Shown here piece after piece: positions 57,108 to 64,000 of a DNA stretch of 64,000 nucleotides. The stretch's first letter is position 1. Each line of letters opens with the position of its first letter. The notes below the pieces were generated by a model. The model was not told the origin of the DNA, ran no database searches, and saw only the letters and a program-made list of their open reading frames with translations. The stretch is from IMG/VR virus record IMGVR_UViG_2775506835_000006, positions 17,517 through 81,516 of that record, one strand, 5' to 3'. The position numbers and the translations under genes are program-made. Source of the stretch: a virus (lineage: Duplodnaviria; Caudoviricetes).

Positions 57108-58871
57108 TTGACCAATGAAGCAATCAAACTGAATGAGTGGGAAGTCAGCAGCGATACCGTCATGGCTGTGCAAGGCGAGGTCAATGGCCGCACGCTTGCC
57201 ATTACGATCATCGATCGCAGCGGTGAACTGGACAGCACCAGCAACGCCGAAGTGATCGATCGGCCTCTCAGTCTCACAGGGAAAACATTACAATTGTACG
57301 TCGGGAAACCGGATGGAAAGGCCTGCCTTCTGGATGGAACGATCAAAGACGCTGCGAATGGCGTGGCGGAATTCGTGTTGTCGCAGCAGAGCACCGCGGT
57401 CAAGGGCAAAGCGTCCTTGGAGGTCTGGATAACGGATGCGCAGGAGAGCACGCTGAAGATCATCGGTCTTACGCTGGATGTGAAGGCGTCCGGGGAAGCT
57501 GAGATCGAGAGTTCAAATGAGTTCCAGACATTGAAACAGGCAACAGGAGCCGCATTGGAAGCCGCCGCTGCTGCCAATACCGCGGCGAAAGATGTACAGA
57601 CAGCGACGACTGCTGCCAATACCGCCGCAGGGAAAGCGAACACAGCAGCGGCAACGGCGAACCAGGCGGCGGCAGACGTCGGAGATGCGGTAACACGCGC
57701 CAATACCGCAGCCTCAAATGCAGATAAGGCTACCAGGGACGCCAACACCGCGACAGGCGCTGCAAATACGGCGGCGACCAGCGCGAACACCAAAGCACAG
57801 ACAGCGCAGAGTGCAGCAACCGCCGCCAATACAGCGGCGACTGCGGCCACGACTGCAGCCGAATCCGCCAATTCAGCCGCGACAAATGCCAACAGCAAAG
57901 CAACGTTAGCTAACAATGCTGCAACCGCGGCCAACAACGCCGCATCCAGCGCGAGCAGTGCCGCGACAAACGCCAATAGCAAAGCGACCTTAGCCAACAA
58001 TGCGGCGTCGGCTGCTAACACAGCGGCTTCCAACGCAAACACCAAGGCAGATGCCGCGGATGCGGCGGCGACCCGCGCCAATGTGGCGGCAGAAGCGGTG
58101 GACGGCGCACTGTCAGGGGAAATTGGCCCAGCTATCACGCAGGTAATCAATGAACTGAAGGGAGCGCCAGTGGGGCTGGCTGAGCTTGACATTGCCGGAA
58201 CCGTACCAATGGAACAATTGCCGATGCTACCGCCTGTTGTAAAGACAGCAGGGTCCGGCAGCGCTTACACGGCGCAGATCGAGGGGATTGGCAGTCTCGC
58301 GAAGGGCCTCATGATCGTAATCATCCCGCACGCGTCAAGCACATCTACGTCGCCCACGCTCAACCTCAACGGACTGGGCGCGAAAACGATCAAACGCCGG
58401 TACAGCTATACAAAAAGCGTTACGACGTCCGGACAGTCGAGCAACTGGCTTTCAACCAACCAGCCGCAGGTTTTGCAATATGACGGCACCTACGGGATAG
58501 CGGTCGGCGCGAACAAGCCGTATGGGCCTGACATAAATGGAACTGTCGGGGTGAGCAACGGCGGTACGGGCAAAACCAGTTGGACCAGCAACCGACTGGT
58601 TTACGCATCCAGCACCACAGCACTGACGCAGCTGGCGCCGCCGACATCCGGAACGGGCTATTTGACGCAGAGCGCGAGCGGCGCGCCTTCGTGGGTGTCA
58701 CCTGCCGATATGGAGGTTGGCAAGGCAGATTACTCCACAGAATCCGGATATGCTACCACGGCGTCATACGCTCAGAGTGCATTCATTGTGGGGGAATACA
58801 CTTTACTTGTTAGCGATACCACTCCAACAAACGCCCCGGCTGGCCAGATCACCTTTGTCTATGAGTCGTAA
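57108..58871 (+). CDS. BppU-like baseplate/tail fibre with Ala/Thr/Asn heptad stalk
   Basis: N-terminal 'AVQGEVNGR...KPDG'; (AANTAA)n; C-terminus homologous to prophage 1 fibre. Confidence 0.8.
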   Translation: MTNEAIKLNEWEVSSDTVMAVQGEVNGRTLAITIIDRSGELDSTSNAEVIDRPLSLTGKTLQLYVGKPDGKACLLDGTIKDAANGVAEFVLSQQSTAVKGKASLEVWITDAQESTLKIIGLTLDVKASGEAEIESSNEFQTLKQATGAALEAAAAANTAAKDVQTATTAANTAAGKANTAAATANQAAADVGDAVTRANTAASNADKATRDANTATGAANTAATSANTKAQTAQSAATAANTAATAATTAAESANSAATNANSKATLANNAATAANNAASSASSAATNANSKATLANNAASAANTAASNANTKADAADAAATRANVAAEAVDGALSGEIGPAITQVINELKGAPVGLAELDIAGTVPMEQLPMLPPVVKTAGSGSAYTAQIEGIGSLAKGLMIVIIPHASSTSTSPTLNLNGLGAKTIKRRYSYTKSVTTSGQSSNWLSTNQPQVLQYDGTYGIAVGANKPYGPDINGTVGVSNGGTGKTSWTSNRLVYASSTTALTQLAPPTSGTGYLTQSASGAPSWVSPADMEVGKADYSTESGYATTASYAQSAFIVGEYTLLVSDTTPTNAPAGQITFVYES

Positions 58872-58881
58872 GGAGAGTTAT

Positions 58882-59835
58882 ATGGCTATTTATTTTCCTG
58901 ATAACAGCGGCGTACAGCATGAAATAACCTTGGTCGCTGTTGTGACATCAGACGGCATAACCCGGGAGATAACGGAAGCCTGGCATACCGGTTCGGATAA
59001 TGTAAACCGGATGGTATACCAGTCTGGTCCAAAAACGCTTGGGAGATTGCCAATCGGTTCCATAGTTGTAGACCCGGATAGTAGATATAACGGTGAGACG
59101 ATTCGGTGGATGGTGGGCGATCAGCAAAGCGGAGCAACCAAACTAATTTCAAAAGATATATTGACTCTAAAATGCATAGATGCAACTGAACCTGAAAATC
59201 TTGATGGGTTGCGTCGTACGCTTGGTAATAATCGTTACACACTGTCAAACATAGACCAATGGCTAAATTCTTCTGCTGTTGACTGGTATACTGCAAGACA
59301 TACCTATGATCAACCGCCAACAGAATCGCGGGTAATGATGGGAAATCCATATCAAGATGAAAGCGGATTTTTAACCAATTTGAGTTTGAATCTACAAAAT
59401 GCTATGCTGAATAATACTTTTATAGCTGTAAAGAGTGTTATAGATGGTGGAGGATATGACTCATTAATCAGAAAAGTTTATTTGTTATCGCTAACGGAAG
59501 TGGCAGGTGGTACCATAAATGGAATAAGTGAAGGAGCCCAATGGGAGTGTTTTACAGATGATAAAAGCCGGAACGCAAACCCAACAATCCAGGCTGTAGA
59601 ACGATCTACTTACAGACCTGAAGGGCTGAGAGCAGATAAAAGCTGGGCTTGGATACTAAGATCGATTCAAGATAATGATGAGCGAGGAGCTGGGACAACC
59701 TATGTCACAAGTACGGGCTCCATTATGAATTCAATGCCAAATTCTGGTGGACACGGTCTGCGTCCGGCGATAACTTTATCAAAAAACCTATTGACCGTAA
59801 AAAATCCAGATGGAACACGCGTAATTCAATTTTAA
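58882..59835 (+). CDS. DUF6273-like tail-associated protein
   Basis: AAGGAG RBS; 'CIDATEP...GNNRYTLSNIDQWLNS...GLRPA'. Confidence 0.7.
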   Translation: MAIYFPDNSGVQHEITLVAVVTSDGITREITEAWHTGSDNVNRMVYQSGPKTLGRLPIGSIVVDPDSRYNGETIRWMVGDQQSGATKLISKDILTLKCIDATEPENLDGLRRTLGNNRYTLSNIDQWLNSSAVDWYTARHTYDQPPTESRVMMGNPYQDESGFLTNLSLNLQNAMLNNTFIAVKSVIDGGGYDSLIRKVYLLSLTEVAGGTINGISEGAQWECFTDDKSRNANPTIQAVERSTYRPEGLRADKSWAWILRSIQDNDERGAGTTYVTSTGSIMNSMPNSGGHGLRPAITLSKNLLTVKNPDGTRVIQF

Positions 59836-59856
59836 AGATTGAAAGGAAAATACATT

Positions 59857-60609
59857 ATGAAACTTACACTTGCAGATAAATCCCAGTTGGAAATGATCGG
59901 AAACCGTGAAGAGCGGCAGCAATACAAGGGGTTGTACCGGGACGGCGTGCGGTTGATCTTCGACGCCGGTACATATACAGACGCTGAATTGCGTGAAATC
60001 TTCACAAATTCCGAAAAGACGCAGACCATGACGATCGATGAAGCAGAAAAGTCCCTAAAAGGTTATACGATGTTCGTGCGGTCGGTCTATGAAGAAGAGA
60101 AAATCAGTGTCACCATGGTCAAAGTGGAAAGCAGCCGTGAAGTGCAGCTTATGACGCAGGTTGAACAGCAGACCGAAGCGATTGTAACGGTGTTTGGGGC
60201 AACCCCTGACAACTTAGCAGAGGAGGCACCCAAGATCCGTGCCGGCATTGAGGCCATGAGCGCATTCGCGCCGGACGCCATTGTACTCCAACATCCGACA
60301 CTGCTGCCCGCGTGGATCAGCGAGGACCATGAATACACCATTGACGACCGTGTACAGTACGGCGGCCTGCTCTATCGCTGTCTGACGGCCCATACATCGC
60401 AGGCCAGTTGGTCGCCAGATGCAGCCCCGTCGCTCTGGGTGCGCATCGACGATCCTTCCGTCGAGTGGCCGGAGTGGAGGCAGCCTGCCGGCAGCACGGA
60501 CGCTTATCCTGCTGGGGCCAAAGTCAGTCACAACGGCAAGCGGTGGACCAGCGACGTTGACGCCAATGTGTGGGAACCGCCGGCCCAATGGACGGAGGTA
60601 GTCGAATGA
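59857..60609 (+). CDS. Protein with C-terminal CBM5/12-like carbohydrate-binding modules
   Basis: 'YGGLLYRCLTAHTSQASWSPD..PSLW', 'AYPAGAKVSHNGKRW...NVWEP'. Confidence 0.7.
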   Translation: MKLTLADKSQLEMIGNREERQQYKGLYRDGVRLIFDAGTYTDAELREIFTNSEKTQTMTIDEAEKSLKGYTMFVRSVYEEEKISVTMVKVESSREVQLMTQVEQQTEAIVTVFGATPDNLAEEAPKIRAGIEAMSAFAPDAIVLQHPTLLPAWISEDHEYTIDDRVQYGGLLYRCLTAHTSQASWSPDAAPSLWVRIDDPSVEWPEWRQPAGSTDAYPAGAKVSHNGKRWTSDVDANVWEPPAQWTEVVE

Positions 60610-61373
60610 ATATTGTAAAAGATCTGCTGACGATCAATCCTTACAGCCGTCCGGGAACGAAGCTTGGCAAGGTGACCAAGATAGCCGTGCACTACGTCGG
60701 CAATCCAGGTACCAGCGCGCAAGCCAACCGGAACTATTTTGAGAGCCTGAAAGCAGGAAGCAGGGACAGTAAAGGGCAATTTGTCTATGCATCCTCCCAT
60801 TACATAATCGGGCTGGGCGGCGAAGTGGTCCAGTGCATTCCGGAGAGCGAAGTCAGCTATGCGACCAATCAGGCTAATCCCTACAGCATCAGCATTGAGT
60901 GCTGCCACCCTTCCATAGACGGCAAGTTTACAGTCGAGACGGAACAGACGCTGGCAGAGCTTTGCGCGGCGCTGTGCCTCCGGTACAGGCTTGACCCGAT
61001 CGGGGACATCGTCCGCCACTACGATGTGACGGGGAAGTGCTGCCCAAAGTATTATGTTGATCATCCGGATGCCTTTGAAGCCTTCAGGCAACGCGTGAAG
61101 GCGATAATGGGGACGGATATTCAGAGCGACACCAGCGGTACCGTGCAGATCAGGCGCGGCGCCTACTACACAGCAAAGTTTACGGGAGTCAATGCAGGTA
61201 AGCTTACGGTGACAGCAGGGACTGGAGGCGTGGTGACTGTCGTGCCGATCAACCGCGGCGCGGACAAGCTGGCGGCGATTGTACCAATCGGCAAGCCCGG
61301 AGATACAACGGGGATTTACACCACGCTCCCCGGCGGCAAACCGATGAAGCGGTTTGTTGCACAGGTTATTTAA
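60606..61373 (+). CDS. N-acetylmuramoyl-L-alanine amidase endolysin
   Basis: Catalytic domain closely similar to 15560..16327. Confidence 0.9.
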   Translation: MNIVKDLLTINPYSRPGTKLGKVTKIAVHYVGNPGTSAQANRNYFESLKAGSRDSKGQFVYASSHYIIGLGGEVVQCIPESEVSYATNQANPYSISIECCHPSIDGKFTVETEQTLAELCAALCLRYRLDPIGDIVRHYDVTGKCCPKYYVDHPDAFEAFRQRVKAIMGTDIQSDTSGTVQIRRGAYYTAKFTGVNAGKLTVTAGTGGVVTVVPINRGADKLAAIVPIGKPGDTTGIYTTLPGGKPMKRFVAQVI

Positions 61374-61436
61374 AGCGTGCTTTCATTGTTGACAAAGAGA
61401 CTGCCAGTAATTAAAGAAGATGGAGGATTATTTTAA

Positions 61437-61931
61437 ATGAACATGGACGAACATGTTGTGATTGGAATCAAAACAACCGTCACAGCGGCCTGCGCGGCCT
61501 TGTCCGCCTGGCTGGGCTGGTTTGGGTGGCTTGTCGTCGCTTGGACCGCCTGTATGGTAATGGATTACATAACAGGCTCTGCAGCGGCCTGCCGGGCGGG
61601 GGAGTGGAGCAGCGCGGTTGCACGGGATGGTATTTGGCATAAGACAGGGGCCATGGTCGCGATGGTTGCCGCAGCGCTGGCCGACTGGATGATCGGTTTG
61701 GTTGTCAACAACATTCCGGCGGTTGTCCTGCCGTGGGACTACTCCGTGCTGCTGTGCCCCGTGGTCCTGGCATGGTACATCCTCACAGAACTGGGGTCGA
61801 TCGTGGAGAATGCCGGCAAGCTGGGCGCGCCCGTCCCGGCATTCCTGGCCAGGATCATTGCCGCCTGCAAAGGCAGCGTGGACGCGGCAGGGGATAAGCT
61901 CGCCGGCGGAGAAGAAAAAGAAGACCAGTGA
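61437..61931 (+). CDS. Phage holin
   Basis: Closely similar to 16343..16831. Confidence 0.9.
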   Translation: MNMDEHVVIGIKTTVTAACAALSAWLGWFGWLVVAWTACMVMDYITGSAAACRAGEWSSAVARDGIWHKTGAMVAMVAAALADWMIGLVVNNIPAVVLPWDYSVLLCPVVLAWYILTELGSIVENAGKLGAPVPAFLARIIAACKGSVDAAGDKLAGGEEKEDQ

Positions 61932-61984
61932 AAACAAAGCCCTGCTTCTCACGAGGCAGGGCGATTTTCTGTATGGAGGGACAC

Positions 61985-64000
61985 ATGATTGTTTTAAACG
62001 AAGACTGGACATTTACGTCGAAGGGCGGTACCTCACTTGGCTACGTCGGTGAAAACGAAGTCTGCACCCTGAAAATCCAGAAGCTTGGAACGGAATACTT
62101 GGACTGGGATATTGTGCTGGATGTATCCCAGCCAGGCAAGAAGAACATCTGGGCCGTGGAGAAAACAGAAGAAGCCGGTAATATGGTCCTGTCAGTGCTG
62201 ATCAAACGGGAGTACATTGCTGCCGCCGGGAGCATCACGATCCAGCTGCGGGCCACGCATGCGGACGGCCGTGTCAAAAAGTCTGCGCAGCTCACATTGT
62301 CCGTAAGCCCAAGTATCAACGCCCCGGATGTGGTTCCGTCGCCGCTGCCGTCGGAATTCGCGGAATATGAGCTGCGGATTCTGGACGTCAAAGAGGCGGT
62401 GGAGGCGGACGCCGACCGGGCCGCTAAGGCAGCGCTCTGTTCACCGCAAATTGGCGAGAATGGCAACTGGTACACATGGAACAGTACAACCGGAGAGCTG
62501 AGTGATACCGGAATTCCGGCCAGCGGAAACGCGGAGTGGAACTTCTTTGGAACGACGCCCTGCCGGGTGTCAGGTCCGTCCATCAGTGGGGTGAAAATGG
62601 TATCCTCCACGGAGTGCAGTTACCGGCTGTACTCCGATACCGTGAAGGATATGGACAGTGCGGGCCGGACGATGAACTGGCTGACTGAGAGCCATTCCAA
62701 CGGCGTATATGAGTTTACCGTCAGCATTGTAAATAATAAGCCCAGCGGATGGTATCAGGTCTTCTGGTCCATGAAGTTCACCGGTCTGGAGATAGGGAAG
62801 GCGTATAAGCTGTACATCGATACAACAGGCCTTACGCCGGATTCCACGACCACAGGGATGCATTTTGGACGATTTTTGTTGGCCAGTGTAAACAATGGGT
62901 CTAAAGGTGATTTGCTTATAAACACCACAGAAGTCGATCATGCCAGATTGAGTTCCTGGGAGTTCATAGCAACGACGCCAGATGTACTCTTGGAATATTA
63001 CGCGGGAAAAGAAATCTCAGAGTTGGTAAATGGCTATCAAGTTCGCTTCAAGGATTTGTACATCAATTACGCGGACGCGGAGAGCGGACATACCCCAATC
63101 CTGAATCAGTCCGGTTCATTTACGGGGGAGCTGGTATTCCCGGAATATACGGACAAATTGCATTATGAATCTACGCCGTCCTGTTCTGTGTACTATTCTG
63201 AAGCCAAGTCCAAGCTTTTTACAATTAATGGCAAGGGACCGGATGCAAGCGGCAATATAGAGATTCCAGTCAGCCGGCTGCAGAGCAGGACGCTGGCCTG
63301 CTTTGGAGACAGTATTACAGGGGATTTTCAGCCGCCGATGGACTATCCCTCCGTAATTGCAAAGCTGACCGGTATGCAGGTATATAACCTTGGGGTGGGT
63401 GGCTGCCGTATGTCGCAACACACGGACCAGTACTATGACGCCTTTAGTATGTATCGGTTGGTGGACGCCATAACCTCCGGAGATTACACATTGCAGGAAG
63501 CGGCGGTGGGGCATACCGTAAATTATGCAGCCGACCGTATAGCGTCATTAAAATCCATTGACTGGACAAAGATAGACTATGTCACCATTCTATTTGGAAC
63601 GAATGATATTCATGGAGGCGTATCACTGGATCACGCAGATGCCCCCAAAGATGTTACAACCTACCTGGGCGCGGTCCGATATAGCTTGAAAGTACTTTGG
63701 AGTCGCTATCCGCATCTGCGGGTTTTGCTTTTAACTCCTATCTACCGTTACTGGGATAATGAACAGGTAGACAGTGATGAAAAAATGTTTGGAAACAAGC
63801 ATTTTTACGAATATGGAAACGCGCTCCTTCAGTTGGCAAAGAATTACAAAACGCCGGTGTTGAATTTGTATGACACTTTGGGAATCAACAAATGGAATCG
63901 GAGACAGTATTTCTCGAACGGGGATGGGACACATCCAAATGATTTGGGTCGTGCGCTGTTGGGGGAAAAGATTGCAGGAAAGCTTTTGGGCGATTTTTAA
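61985..64000 (+). CDS. SGNH/GDSL hydrolase with BppU-like N-terminus
   Basis: FGDS, GTND, DGTHP blocks; homologue of 16894..18882. Confidence 0.85.
   Translation: MIVLNEDWTFTSKGGTSLGYVGENEVCTLKIQKLGTEYLDWDIVLDVSQPGKKNIWAVEKTEEAGNMVLSVLIKREYIAAAGSITIQLRATHADGRVKKSAQLTLSVSPSINAPDVVPSPLPSEFAEYELRILDVKEAVEADADRAAKAALCSPQIGENGNWYTWNSTTGELSDTGIPASGNAEWNFFGTTPCRVSGPSISGVKMVSSTECSYRLYSDTVKDMDSAGRTMNWLTESHSNGVYEFTVSIVNNKPSGWYQVFWSMKFTGLEIGKAYKLYIDTTGLTPDSTTTGMHFGRFLLASVNNGSKGDLLINTTEVDHARLSSWEFIATTPDVLLEYYAGKEISELVNGYQVRFKDLYINYADAESGHTPILNQSGSFTGELVFPEYTDKLHYESTPSCSVYYSEAKSKLFTINGKGPDASGNIEIPVSRLQSRTLACFGDSITGDFQPPMDYPSVIAKLTGMQVYNLGVGGCRMSQHTDQYYDAFSMYRLVDAITSGDYTLQEAAVGHTVNYAADRIASLKSIDWTKIDYVTILFGTNDIHGGVSLDHADAPKDVTTYLGAVRYSLKVLWSRYPHLRVLLLTPIYRYWDNEQVDSDEKMFGNKHFYEYGNALLQLAKNYKTPVLNLYDTLGINKWNRRQYFSNGDGTHPNDLGRALLGEKIAGKLLGDF

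Larger units (their letters stand above)
32713..64000 (+). mobile_element. Prophage 2 (siphovirus-like, A118-like head genes); right end beyond window
   Basis: Integrase, repressor, early genes, terminase, portal, capsid, non-contractile tail and lysis genes in order. Confidence 0.95.

Noticed and set aside
57056-58192. 378-aa minus-strand ORF and other long antisense ORFs (5373..6008, 44430..45404, 47925..48794, 55664..56875)
   Set aside because: Shadow ORFs opposite well-supported phage genes, arising from codon bias and low complexity
14593-59835. Diversity-generating retroelement
   Set aside because: No reverse transcriptase and no adenine-specific TR/VR pair; the two DUF6273-like genes differ at all bases

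Overview
Low-to-moderate GC Firmicutes (Clostridia-like) chromosome segment with two tandem prophages at a tRNA-Ser(GCT) integration hotspot. (1) <1-18.9 kb: tail, baseplate and lysis half of a P2-tail-like myovirus. (2) 19-32.2 kb: defence cargo made of an Mrr-type endonuclease, a type I R-M locus whose hsdR is broken by one in-frame TAG, and a 1930-aa DUF4011/SF1-helicase/Vsr-like/DUF3320 (Hhe-type) protein. (3) 32.2-32.8 kb: two tRNA-Ser 3' fragments (att sites). (4) 32.8->64 kb: a nearly complete siphovirus-like prophage with apparent frameshifts in its integrase and tape measure genes. The standout is a cas-less CRISPR mini-array in prophage 2 (40689-41056: 6 repeats, 5 spacers, its own leader, promoter and terminator) directly downstream of an HUH Rep gene. 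Its 33-nt repeat looks like a hybrid: a type III-like 3' end GGGGACGGAAAC, an interior resembling an inverted type I-C repeat, and a I-C-like leader. Its oldest spacer is antisense to the GTND motif of the SGNH esterase gene carried by both prophages (26/34 and 27/34 nt), suggesting phage-versus-phage targeting with borrowed host Cas proteins. The two prophages have unrelated tails but share a homologous fibre-tip/DUF6273/amidase/holin/SGNH module. All family assignments are by eye from motifs and synteny; no database searches were run.
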